Origin: Patescibacteria group bacterium
GTDB taxonomy: Bacteria; Bacteroidota; Ignavibacteria; Kapaibacteriales; Kapaibacteriaceae
Assembly (NCBI GenBank): GCA_044376225.1
Contig: JBILLF010000001.1
Location: forward strand, 7,653-71,652
DNA length: 64,000 bases
Reading direction: 5' to 3'
The translations under genes and the position numbers were made by a program. A model generated the notes under the pieces. That model did no database searches. It saw nothing but the letters and a program-made list of their open reading frames with translations, and was not told the DNA's origin. Numbering within the stretch: the first letter of the stretch is position 1; each line of letters opens with the position of its first letter. This document shows positions 45,046 through 56,593 of the stretch, one piece after another.

Positions 45046-46008
45046 ATGATCATTCTGACGGGAGGAGCTGGATTCATTGGCAGCTGCATGCTTGCAGCAC
45101 TCAATGCATCAGGAATCAAGAATGTATTGATCGTTGATTCGCTCGGTAACGGCCAGAAATGGAAAAACCTGGTCGGTAAAACGTACATTGACATTGTCAG
45201 CAAACAGGAATTTCGCGCCTTTATGGATGCTGGAGCTTTCGACGACAACGTCGAAGCGATCATCCATCTTGGTGCGTGTAGTTCTACGACAGAAACGAAT
45301 GCCGACTATCTCTACGACAACAACTATCAGTACAGTGTTGATGTAGCTGAGTTTGCCTTCGAGAAGGAAGCCCGGTTTATCTATGCCAGTTCTGCGGCTA
45401 CGTACGGAGATGGTGCGCGTGGGTATTCAGATGGCACACAAGATCTCCGCCCGCTGAATATGTACGGCTACTCAAAGCACCTGTTCGATCAATGGATACG
45501 GTTGCAGGGGATGGAGAGCGCTTGCGTCGGACTGAAGTTCTTTAACGTTTTCGGTCCGAATGAGTATCACAAGGGCTCGATGGCCAGTCTTGTGTCAAAG
45601 GCCGTGGGACAGATCCAACAGAAGGGATATGTCGAGCTGTTCAAGAGTACCGACAGAACCTATCCGGACGGTGGGCAGATGCGGGACTTTGTGTACGTCA
45701 AGGATGTCTGCAGATCCATGCTTCAACTCCTTGAGCGTCCGGAAGTGAACGGCATTCTCAATCTTGGCACCGGTAAGGCACGTTCATGGAACGACCTCAT
45801 GACCGCTGTCTTTTCAGCGATGGGACGTCCGGTGGACATTCGTTACATCGATATGCCCGCTGAACTGTCCAAGCAGTACCAGAACTACACGCAAGCCGAT
45901 ATGCAGACTTTCACATCAAAGCTGCCAACTATCAGCTTTGGTAGTCTGGAAGAATCTGTTGCTGACTACGTCAACGGCTATCTCACTTGTGAGTGGCCGT
46001 ACCTCTGA
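45046..46008 (+). CDS. hldD: ADP-L-glycero-D-manno-heptose 6-epimerase
   Basis: 320 aa. MIILTGGAGFIGS, HLGACSSTTE, YASSAATYG, YGYSK and HKGSMAS follow the same order as E. coli HldD/RfaD as I recall it. Confidence 0.88.
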   Translation: MIILTGGAGFIGSCMLAALNASGIKNVLIVDSLGNGQKWKNLVGKTYIDIVSKQEFRAFMDAGAFDDNVEAIIHLGACSSTTETNADYLYDNNYQYSVDVAEFAFEKEARFIYASSAATYGDGARGYSDGTQDLRPLNMYGYSKHLFDQWIRLQGMESACVGLKFFNVFGPNEYHKGSMASLVSKAVGQIQQKGYVELFKSTDRTYPDGGQMRDFVYVKDVCRSMLQLLERPEVNGILNLGTGKARSWNDLMTAVFSAMGRPVDIRYIDMPAELSKQYQNYTQADMQTFTSKLPTISFGSLEESVADYVNGYLTCEWPYL

Positions 46009-46041
46009 ATTTGAAACGACTTGTAAACGGATCACGGAACA

Positions 46042-46923
46042 ATGGCAACACTTCGCGAAACACGGGATCGGATCGTATCGGTCCGAAACACATCGAAGAT
46101 CACACAGGCCATGAGCATGGTGGCTACGGCCAAGCTGCGCCGCGCGCAGGATGCCATCACGGCTGCTCGCCCCTTTGCCAATCAGGTCCAAAAGATCCTC
46201 GGCAACCTGTCATCGGCTGATGCTGATTACGTGCATCCGTTCTTTGAGGTCCGCAAGGACATCAACAACATCGCGATAATCGTGGTCACAGCTGACCGCG
46301 GGCTGTGCGGTGCGTTTAACACGAACGTTCTGCGTTCGCTCACGACGCGCCTTGCAGAACTTCGCACACAGCATCCGAAGGCGAAGATCCACCTCATCCC
46401 GGTGGGCAAGCGTGCTGTGAACGCCGCTCGCAAGGGCAAAGAAGGCATTCTGCGGGAGTTCAACGACGTCTTCTTTAAGCTGGATTATTCAACAGCGGTT
46501 GATATTGCTGCACTGATTACAGACGACTTTCTTGCCATGCAGATCGACCACGTTGAGATCCTTGGCAATCAGTTCGTGAACGTGATGCGCCAGGTTGTGC
46601 GTACCACCCAAGTGCTTCCGATTGCCGCCAACACGCAGGACTCGGGTTCGGCCTCCAACAACGACTATATCTACGAGCCGTCACGCGGTGAGATCCTGGA
46701 TTCGCTGCTACCCATGTACGTCAAGCTGCAGATCTGGACCTCGCTGCTTGATTCGAATGCCGCCGAGCACGCTGCACGTCGTATGGCTATGGAAAGTGCC
46801 ACAACCAATGCACGTGATCTCATGCGCTCGCTGCAGCTGATCTACAACCGCGAGCGTCAGGCTGCTATCACCAAGGAAATGCTCGAGATCGTGGGCGGTG
46901 CCGAAGCACTCGCGAGTGCGTAA
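46042..46923 (+). CDS. atpG: F0F1 ATP synthase subunit gamma
   Basis: 293 aa. MATLRETRDRIVSVRNTSKITQAMSMVATAKLRRAQ and the C-terminal ITKEMLEIVGGAEAL. Confidence 0.93.
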   Translation: MATLRETRDRIVSVRNTSKITQAMSMVATAKLRRAQDAITAARPFANQVQKILGNLSSADADYVHPFFEVRKDINNIAIIVVTADRGLCGAFNTNVLRSLTTRLAELRTQHPKAKIHLIPVGKRAVNAARKGKEGILREFNDVFFKLDYSTAVDIAALITDDFLAMQIDHVEILGNQFVNVMRQVVRTTQVLPIAANTQDSGSASNNDYIYEPSRGEILDSLLPMYVKLQIWTSLLDSNAAEHAARRMAMESATTNARDLMRSLQLIYNRERQAAITKEMLEIVGGAEALASA

Positions 46924-46937
46924 CCGGCAGGAGCCCC

Positions 46938-47453
46938 GTGACAGCGGCACCTAGACCCGTTTTCAGCGTCCGTGGAGTGATTCTCACGGGACTGGTGATT
47001 GCGGTTCTGACGGTGCTGGTAGGACCCTATCTCGGTGAGAGTAATCCGTATGCAACCTCGTACGAGGCCAGGATTGAGCTCTATCGTCAGAAGCTGGACT
47101 CCCTGAACCGCATCCGTGGTTGGCGCGATAGGATCTACATGCGCCACATGGCCAACCTTGAGATCCCCGAGTACATCGTCAGCAAGCTTCGCCCCAACGA
47201 CACGCTACTCTTGCCCCCGATGGAGTATGCCAACCAGTTCATGGCAACTAAGGCGTTCTGGACAGATCCGCGAATCTTTACCTGGATGGTCGGCTTTCAG
47301 CCGGTCGTAGCCTGGCGAGATACTGCTCGCCGCCGGTCGGTGAATGCCTACGTCGTCCTTGAAGCCAACACGATCTGGATCACACGTCCAGGAGGAGGCA
47401 CGAACATCGATTCGCTGCTAGCGGTGTTTGAGAAGATGGGAGGGGGTAAGTGA
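46938..47453 (+). CDS. Hypothetical membrane-anchored protein (171 aa)
   Basis: GTG start 14 nt after the atpG stop, with GGAG 4 nt upstream. One N-terminal TM segment (GVILTGLVIAVLTVLVG). No recognisable motif. Confidence 0.6.
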   Translation: MTAAPRPVFSVRGVILTGLVIAVLTVLVGPYLGESNPYATSYEARIELYRQKLDSLNRIRGWRDRIYMRHMANLEIPEYIVSKLRPNDTLLLPPMEYANQFMATKAFWTDPRIFTWMVGFQPVVAWRDTARRRSVNAYVVLEANTIWITRPGGGTNIDSLLAVFEKMGGGK

Positions 47454-48826
47454 GAAGCGAAGTCCTTATGCTCGTTCTGATGCTGATGATGCAGTGGGGA
47501 ATCGGGCTCGGAACCATCGGCGCCATCGGCTACCGTGTTGAACGCTCTACGCTGCTGCCGCTGAGTCTGCTCCTCGGTATGTTCCTTCACACAGTTGCAA
47601 TGTTTTTAGCACAGCTCGCCGGGGTGCCGCTGTCAATGCAGACCATGTTGGTTTCCGGCACGATTGTTCTAGTGCTGCCCGTTGTGCGATGGAAAACTCT
47701 TCGCAATACGCTGGAAGGTCTCTTTGCGCTACCACGCATCAGGCCGACGCTCTACGATGTGGTGATCTTCGGATTTGTTGGCTACATCGGCTATATGGTC
47801 GTCTGGGCCAGTTGGTACTGGCCTGTCACGCCGTTCGATGCCATGGCAGGAATTGATCTTGTGGCCCGCTATGCGGCCAAGGACGGGATGATCGCCAACC
47901 AAGTATTCACCGATCCGTCGCTGCAGGGACAGCTGTCGAATCAGCCGTTCTACGCCCCCTTTGCGATGCTGATGCAGGTGATGATGAAGCTCATCGGTTA
48001 CCCGTACACGCAGATCTGGGTGAGCATCGTGGCCATCTGCTTCTGGTGGTTTGTCTGGTCGGTACTGCGCCGTCTCGTGCATCCTCTTTTTGCTGGCCTA
48101 CTGCTAGTTCTGTTCGTGCTGACGCCTGAGATTCTTGGGTATTCGTACATACTGCAGACAGACTTTGCTAACGCAGCCTTCTTTACCATCGGTTGTGTGA
48201 TGCTTGCACGGTCGATTGATGAAGAGCAGCTTGGCGGAGTTGTTGTCAGCGCACTAGCATTTGCCGGAGCATGCTGGTCACGCACCGAAACGCCTCTCTT
48301 GGTTGTACTCGTTGGTGCTGTCGCCTTGCCGAAGATGCTGCGAGTTTTCGGTCCTGCGAAGGGGCTCATCGGTGCAGTGAGTGTGCTTGCGATGTCGACA
48401 TTTACCTTTGGACTATGGAACGTTGTCTTTTTCAACTCCTACCTCCCGGTGCGTCCGTCAACGTCAGAGCAGATTCGAGGTTTTGATTTCGAACGCTTTA
48501 CTGAGGTCGTTGCTTCCAGCTGGTCATCGGTGATCGCGAGTACCGAGCTCTGGGGATGGATCGTGTGGCTGTTCTTGGGGGTCCTTGTAATCGACATCAT
48601 CATCAACCGACGGATCTCGCAGCCGATCATCCTTGGATGCATCGTCGCAGCGGTACTCGGCCTGTTTATGGTAGGCACCATCTTTAGTGCCGCCATCGTT
48701 GAGCAGACGCTTCGACGTGGGATGTTTAAGGTGATTCCGCTGATGGTTATTGCGATTGCCGGCTCCGGCATTGTAAGTTCGGCGTCATCTGCATTGTTCT
48801 CCTGGGAGGCAGGACGCAAGTCCTGA
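47450..48826 (+). CDS. Polytopic membrane protein, possibly a GT-C (ArnT/PMT-like) glycosyltransferase
   Basis: 458 aa. GTGA overlap with the previous gene and a GGAGGGGG Shine-Dalgarno. More than 10 hydrophobic segments, with an acidic first-loop segment (TPFDAMAGIDLVARY). The family assignment is a guess. Confidence 0.6.
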   Translation: MRSEVLMLVLMLMMQWGIGLGTIGAIGYRVERSTLLPLSLLLGMFLHTVAMFLAQLAGVPLSMQTMLVSGTIVLVLPVVRWKTLRNTLEGLFALPRIRPTLYDVVIFGFVGYIGYMVVWASWYWPVTPFDAMAGIDLVARYAAKDGMIANQVFTDPSLQGQLSNQPFYAPFAMLMQVMMKLIGYPYTQIWVSIVAICFWWFVWSVLRRLVHPLFAGLLLVLFVLTPEILGYSYILQTDFANAAFFTIGCVMLARSIDEEQLGGVVVSALAFAGACWSRTETPLLVVLVGAVALPKMLRVFGPAKGLIGAVSVLAMSTFTFGLWNVVFFNSYLPVRPSTSEQIRGFDFERFTEVVASSWSSVIASTELWGWIVWLFLGVLVIDIIINRRISQPIILGCIVAAVLGLFMVGTIFSAAIVEQTLRRGMFKVIPLMVIAIAGSGIVSSASSALFSWEAGRKS

Positions 48827-48833
48827 ACAGTGA

Positions 48834-49676
48834 ATGCCCAAGATCGTTCTCATTCTGCTTGCTGGACTCGGCACGTTTCTCGTGCTCGTGTCATGCAGTG
48901 CGCTGATCTCTCGGGTCTTTGTACGCCGATCGATAAAGCGCCTTGTGCGAACGATCTCGAATGAGCGGCTGCCACGATTCTCCAAGCAGCTTGTTGCTGG
49001 GCTTCCGGCGCCGGTGCAGCGGTATCTGCTGAATGTTGTTCCCGAGGGACATGAAAATCTTCGCTACGCTGTTCTAACGCAGCGAGCACGATTCCGTCAT
49101 CGGCCCGGCAGTCCATGGTTTACCGTAAGGGCTACCGAGACTATCTCCGGTATGGAGCCCGGATTCGTCTGGGATGCCATGCTTCGCCACAATGCTGCAT
49201 GGTGGCGTGCGGCCAAACTTAGTTACGTGCAAGGCGAGGGACACGGCCACATCAAACTGTATGGCGCGATGACTCTGCAGGAATATGACGGGAAGGAAAC
49301 CGATACGTCGATGCTCTTCCGTTTTCTGAGCGAGCTTGTTTGGATCCCAACGGCCTTTCTTCCGACGAAGACTCTTCGCTGGGAGCCGATCGATGACCGA
49401 ACATCACGCGCCGTGATCAGTGACGGGGCTACGCGCGTAAATGCCACCTTCCACTTCAATGATGCGAACGAGATCGAGCGAATCGTCACATCTGACAAGT
49501 ATCGCGACCACAAGAGTGGGTTTGAGCAGGCGAGCTTTACTATGCACTGTCGTTCCTACAAGGTGATCGACGGCATCAAGATCCCTACGGAAGTGGAGTT
49601 TGTCTGGAATCTCGAGTCGGGCGACTTCGATTACGGACACTTCACGATCACCGACGCAGCCTACTACTTCAGCTGA
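48834..49676 (+). CDS. Hypothetical membrane-anchored protein (280 aa; resembles DUF6544-type proteins from memory)
   Basis: N-terminal TM segment (IVLILLAGLGTFLVLVSC) and an LPAPVQRYLL motif. Starts 7 nt after the previous stop. Its 3' end overlaps the convergent crtB-like gene by 13 nt. Confidence 0.6.
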   Translation: MPKIVLILLAGLGTFLVLVSCSALISRVFVRRSIKRLVRTISNERLPRFSKQLVAGLPAPVQRYLLNVVPEGHENLRYAVLTQRARFRHRPGSPWFTVRATETISGMEPGFVWDAMLRHNAAWWRAAKLSYVQGEGHGHIKLYGAMTLQEYDGKETDTSMLFRFLSELVWIPTAFLPTKTLRWEPIDDRTSRAVISDGATRVNATFHFNDANEIERIVTSDKYRDHKSGFEQASFTMHCRSYKVIDGIKIPTEVEFVWNLESGDFDYGHFTITDAAYYFS

Positions 49677-50596
49677 GAACGCTGAAGCCGTCGCGCTTCG
49701 AAATAGGCCGAAGGTACGGCCATGAGCTTCGGCAGAAGTCCGATGCTCGCTCGGCGAAGAAAGACATTGTAGTCCATGCCCTCAACCACTCGCAGGATTT
49801 TCTGGTAGTTGCGACTCATCAGCAGCACCGTGACCATGCTGCTTGATTCAAGCATAGCAATGCCCGTATCTGCCTTGCGATAGAGAACGTCAGCCCGGCG
49901 GATGTACTCTGCAACAAGTCCACGGACGTTCTTGGTGCATCGGTTTGTGAGAATGTCCTGCTCACTAACCTCGTAGCGCACCATGTCTTCATGTGCCAGA
50001 TAGATCCGCCCCCTGACAGCATCTTCCTTCACATCGCGGATGATATTGGTTAGCTGCATGGCGATGCCGAGATCAACGGCATAACTCAGCGCATCAGGTG
50101 AGGAATACCCAAAGATCTCAGACGTCATCAGGCCGACCACAGAAGCAACTTTGTAGCAATAGACTTCAAGTTCGGCGTACGTTGCAAAGCGGGTGATGGT
50201 GGTGTCCATCAGTACGCCCTCAATGAGCTCCTCGGGCAGATGACGCGGGATGTGGTACTTCTGCAGTGTGTCTTCCCAAGCAAGAAGCACGGCGGCTCGG
50301 TCTTGATGAGCCATATCCGGCGTATTAGCCCCCTTGTGTCGATCGCCGGAATAGACCTGACCGACCTCGTTTCTCCACTGTTCTACCAGGCGCACAGCGT
50401 CTTCTCGCGTCACGTCACCGCGCTCCATCGCCACATCGACGATATCGTCGACGTAGCGGCAGAACGCATACACGGCATAGCAGGCATTGCGCTTCTCCGC
50501 AGGGATGAAGTGCGATGCTGCATAGAACGTCTTGGCATGCGTTCTGGTAACGCGACGGCAGACCTCGTAGGCCGCTGATATAGACTCATCTTGCAT
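49664..50596 (-). CDS. crtB: Phytoene/squalene synthase family protein (CrtB-like)
   Basis: YCYKVASVVGLM and QLTNIIRDVKEDAVRGRIYL (the two Asp-rich/trans-IPPS regions). The ATG at 50596 is preferred; an alternative GTG lies at 50635. Confidence 0.8.
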   Translation of the reverse strand: MQDESISAAYEVCRRVTRTHAKTFYAASHFIPAEKRNACYAVYAFCRYVDDIVDVAMERGDVTREDAVRLVEQWRNEVGQVYSGDRHKGANTPDMAHQDRAAVLLAWEDTLQKYHIPRHLPEELIEGVLMDTTITRFATYAELEVYCYKVASVVGLMTSEIFGYSSPDALSYAVDLGIAMQLTNIIRDVKEDAVRGRIYLAHEDMVRYEVSEQDILTNRCTKNVRGLVAEYIRRADVLYRKADTGIAMLESSSMVTVLLMSRNYQKILRVVEGMDYNVFLRRASIGLLPKLMAVPSAYFEARRLQRSQLK

Positions 50597-50617
50597 CACT
50601 GCCCGTCGAACATTTCC

Positions 50618-50625
50618 TAGCTTTG
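50618..50625 (+). promoter_or_regulatory. TAGCTTTG (TAnnTTTG) candidate promoter of radA
   Basis: Exact motif 30 nt upstream of the radA ATG (50656), in the divergent spacer. Confidence 0.35.
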
Positions 50626-50655
50626 AATTCGCCACATCAAGGTTGTAAACAACGC

Positions 50656-52011
50656 ATGAAGATACGCACCCTCTATCGCTGTTCCAGTTGCGGACACTCT
50701 ACACCCAAGTGGGTTGGACGCTGTCCGGGATGTGGTGCCTGGGAGAGCATGGTCGAAGAGGTCGATTCCACATCGACATCGAAGAGCTCGAAGAGTCGCA
50801 TTTCCGCCATAGCAGCCGGCTCTGCCGCGCGCCTTGGCACGGTGGATGTTGAACGTACACCGCGCATTCCAACTGGCATGCAGGAGCTCAACCGCGTGCT
50901 TGGTGGCGGGATCGTCCCCGGAAGTATGGTTTTGGTAGGGGGCGACCCCGGCATGGGCAAGAGCACGCTGATGTTGCAGCTTGCCTCGTACGTCGGAGGC
51001 GCCGTGCAGGAACGTCCGTGCCTCTACGTTACGGGCGAGGAGAGTCTGCATCAGATCAAGCAGCGCGCGGAGCGTCTGGGTGTTGACCCAACGGGCATTG
51101 TCGTTGCTTCCGAAACAAACGTCGAGCGAATTGCCCATCTGGTCACCAATGAGAAACCCAGCCTGGTCATCATCGACTCTGTTCAGACGATCACAACCGA
51201 TGCACTTGAGTCGTCGGCAGGAAGCGTTGCACAGGTGCGTGAATGCACATCTCTGCTGACGCGCATTGCCAAGTCGACCGGTCTGCCGATGGTGATCATC
51301 GGTCATGTGACAAAGGACGGTATGATCGCCGGACCCAAGGTCCTAGAGCACATGGTCGATGCCGTTTTGCAGTTCGAAGGTGATGGTACGTATTCGTATC
51401 GTGTGTTGCGGGCCCTGAAGAACCGCTACGGTTCGACGAATGAGATCGGCGTGTTCGATATGACATCTACCGGTCTGCGGGAAGTTGCCAACCCGAGTGA
51501 GGTACTGCTTTCTCAGCGCAGCGCTAACGAGCCCGGTACAGCCATCGTGGCGGTAATGGAAGGAACGCGACCGTTACTTGTAGAAGTTCAGGCGCTTGTC
51601 TCTCCATCGGGATATAGTGTACCGCAGCGGGTGTGTACCGGCTACGACAACCGTCGACTTCAGATGATCCTTGCCGTGCTTGAAAAGCGAGGGGGCATCC
51701 AGGTCCGCCAGTCCGATGTGTTTGTGAATGTTGCCGGTGGAATCGCCGTGCAAGATCCGGCGCTGGACCTCGGCATTGCTATGGCCATCGCCAGCAGTGT
51801 GACCGATGAGCCCCTTGCCGGAGGCGTTGTCTTTGTGGGCGAACTGGGCCTTACTGGCGAAGTCCGTCGCGTATCACATCTTGATCAGCGTGTTGCTGAG
51901 GCCACTCGTCTCGGTCTTGAGAAAATCTATGCACCTGCCAAGGGGCTTACGTCATCTGCCGTCGTGTCCGTTGACCGACTCTCAGAAGCCTTGCGACTGG
52001 TGTTTGGGTAA
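50656..52011 (+). CDS. radA: DNA repair protein RadA/Sms
   Basis: Start at MKIRTLYRCSSCGHSTPKWVGRCPGCGAW (zinc finger). Has GGDPGMGKST, LKNRYGSTNE (KNRFG motif) and a Lon-like C-terminal domain. Confidence 0.93.
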   Translation: MKIRTLYRCSSCGHSTPKWVGRCPGCGAWESMVEEVDSTSTSKSSKSRISAIAAGSAARLGTVDVERTPRIPTGMQELNRVLGGGIVPGSMVLVGGDPGMGKSTLMLQLASYVGGAVQERPCLYVTGEESLHQIKQRAERLGVDPTGIVVASETNVERIAHLVTNEKPSLVIIDSVQTITTDALESSAGSVAQVRECTSLLTRIAKSTGLPMVIIGHVTKDGMIAGPKVLEHMVDAVLQFEGDGTYSYRVLRALKNRYGSTNEIGVFDMTSTGLREVANPSEVLLSQRSANEPGTAIVAVMEGTRPLLVEVQALVSPSGYSVPQRVCTGYDNRRLQMILAVLEKRGGIQVRQSDVFVNVAGGIAVQDPALDLGIAMAIASSVTDEPLAGGVVFVGELGLTGEVRRVSHLDQRVAEATRLGLEKIYAPAKGLTSSAVVSVDRLSEALRLVFG

Positions 52012-52019
52012 AAACAACA

Positions 52020-52049
52020 ATGGCCATCGAGATCACTCCCGATGGCCAT
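52020..52049. terminator. Perfect 10-bp inverted repeat between convergent radA and katG
   Basis: ATGGCCATCG-agatcactcc-CGATGGCCAT, with an A-rich left flank and GTCAATGTTTC on the right. Could act in both directions. Confidence 0.5.
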
Positions 52050-52073
52050 GTCAATGTTTCGACCTACGAGCGA

Positions 52074-54446
<2,373 letters not shown>

Positions 54447-55364
54447 TTACTTGTCGTCGTCCATTGCCTGCATAGCGATCATTTCGCGCAGCGTTTTGTT
54501 CATTCCCTCGGCGGAGCCGTCGAGGAAGATCACATTGCCCTTGCTCTCGGCAGCAAAGCTTTTGATCGACTCGGTCCACATGCTGAACAGCAGGAATGAA
54601 GCGTCGAGGTTGGCTTGCTTCATTTCGGTGGCTGCTTCGCTCATACCCTTTGCGACCTCGCGCCGGAAAAGGGCAATGCCCTGGCCACGTAACTGAGCGG
54701 CGATCTTCTCGGCTTCGGCGGCAATCTTGATCGCATTGCCTTCGGCCTCGGCGGCCTTGGTCTTCGTGATAAGAAGAGCTTGTCCTTCGTTCTCGGCTGC
54801 CGCCTTCAGGTTGGACGATGCCACAACCTGTGCCATCGACTTTGTGATGGCTTCATCGAAGGTGATGTCGTTCAGTTGTAGGTCAAGCAGATGATAGCCC
54901 CATGTCTCAAGCACATGGTCGATGCTTTCTTTGACCGACTCGACGATCTCTTTGCGCAGCGAGAGGATCTCTGCCTGACGTTTTGTCGCCACGAAACCGC
55001 GAATCGATCCCTCGATTGTGCGTATCAAAGCTGTCATGAAATCGCGCTCGTCAACGAACTTGAACGCCACGTTCTTGATCGTCTCTTCGTTACTGTCGAG
55101 CACTGAATACAGGAGCATCGCCTTGAAATACACGTTGGCCTGATCTTGCGTGATTGCCTGAAAATCCAGCTCGATGCTCCGATTCTGGATCGAGACGATT
55201 CGATGCACACGTTCAATGAACGGGATCTTGAAGCTCAGTCCCGGACCAAGGATCCTTCGGTACTTCCCAAAGATGGTCAGCACCGCGATTGTGCCCTGAC
55301 GGACAGTTACCACCGTGAGGAAGAAGACCAGCAGTGCAAGGCAGAGGAGTATCCAGAGAAACAT
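54447..55364 (-). CDS. SPFH/band-7 (stomatin/prohibitin-like) membrane protein
   Basis: 305 aa. N-terminal TM segment, then VRQGTIAVLTIFGKYRRILGPGLSFKIPFIE and an Ala/Glu-rich coiled region (AAEAEGNAIKIAAEAEKIAA). Confidence 0.85.
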   Translation of the reverse strand: MFLWILLCLALLVFFLTVVTVRQGTIAVLTIFGKYRRILGPGLSFKIPFIERVHRIVSIQNRSIELDFQAITQDQANVYFKAMLLYSVLDSNEETIKNVAFKFVDERDFMTALIRTIEGSIRGFVATKRQAEILSLRKEIVESVKESIDHVLETWGYHLLDLQLNDITFDEAITKSMAQVVASSNLKAAAENEGQALLITKTKAAEAEGNAIKIAAEAEKIAAQLRGQGIALFRREVAKGMSEAATEMKQANLDASFLLFSMWTESIKSFAAESKGNVIFLDGSAEGMNKTLREMIAMQAMDDDK

Positions 55365-55465
55365 TACGATCTGACGGGTATGTGTGACAAGCGTGGCAAC
55401 TTACCGACGGATGCCGCCTCCGGCAACGTATTTTGCGTCCGTTCACCGATACGTAATGAGACAGC

Positions 55466-56593
55466 ATGTTCGAGAAAGAACTCGATCGGATCAAACATTC
55501 ACTCCGGCAGCGGCTTGACTCGGGTCAGCCGTACACGATGCTGCAGTCGATCATCGACCGCACCGACATTCACCCGTCGGTGAGGTCCTTTCTGCAGGCC
55601 GAGGCCCGGTGGTGGATCCATGAGGAGCAAGCCATCCGCGCATCAAACTCCCGATTCGATACGCTTTCATCCGAGATCCGTTCGGCACTGAGTCAGGTGG
55701 ACGATCTGCTCTATCGTCATGCGCGGTTTGACAACGAGGAGTTGCAGGCAACGATCGATGCTGCTGTTAAGACCCGCCTGAACTTCTTGTGCCGTCCGCG
55801 GACCACGCTCAAATGGTTCGTCTTTCGGGGAGAGCCAACCAAGCCTCTTTACGAGATCTTGCTGCGATTAGATTACCTGACCGACCATGCCTACCTGTTG
55901 CAGGGTTTGCGTCAGTGGGCCATGAGCCGTGGCTCAGACTCATCCACCAACGAGATCCTCAGCGTCGTGGAGTTTGAGCGGATCATTGAGCGCATTGACA
56001 ATGAGGCGATTCTTGATCTGTCGCAAGACGAGTTTGTGCGCCTACTTGACGGACTCTACGCCTTCTTTGCAGAGGCCGATCCGGATCTTCCGCCCGAGAG
56101 TATTCCCACCGAGGCTGTGATCATCTTTCTCGATGACAAGGGGGCTGTTCCGCTGTCTCAGGCCCTGGAGCGCATGCTCTACCGCGAGGAACTGCGCACC
56201 CTTACTCGGTCAAAGCTCATCGACGTGATCGACGGCGTCATTGCCTCTATCGATGCCGAGCCACCGAGCCCCTTGCAAGAGCTCATCAGCAACGAGCCGG
56301 CTACTGGGGAATCGTCTTTAGGTGCTGACCAGCAAACTGCCGAAAGACAGACATCATACCGCACAGATACCTTTGAGATCAATGTTGACGCCGATCAACG
56401 TGGAAAGTTTCTCCGCAAACTCTTTGCCGGCGATGTCGAAGAGTTCAACTCGGTTCTGCGTCGGGTTCTCGGCTGCAGTGACTGGAGGGAGGCGGCCGGT
56501 ATGCTCGACCGTTACTATGCCAAGAAGGGGATCGACCCCGACAGTTCTACGGCGATGGAACTGGCCCAAGCCCTGCACAGGAGCTTTGCATGA
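55466..56593 (+). CDS. Hypothetical protein (375 aa), translationally coupled to obg
   Basis: Long soluble helical ORF. ATGA overlap with the obg start. No motif I can name. Confidence 0.6.
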   Translation: MFEKELDRIKHSLRQRLDSGQPYTMLQSIIDRTDIHPSVRSFLQAEARWWIHEEQAIRASNSRFDTLSSEIRSALSQVDDLLYRHARFDNEELQATIDAAVKTRLNFLCRPRTTLKWFVFRGEPTKPLYEILLRLDYLTDHAYLLQGLRQWAMSRGSDSSTNEILSVVEFERIIERIDNEAILDLSQDEFVRLLDGLYAFFAEADPDLPPESIPTEAVIIFLDDKGAVPLSQALERMLYREELRTLTRSKLIDVIDGVIASIDAEPPSPLQELISNEPATGESSLGADQQTAERQTSYRTDTFEINVDADQRGKFLRKLFAGDVEEFNSVLRRVLGCSDWREAAGMLDRYYAKKGIDPDSSTAMELAQALHRSFA

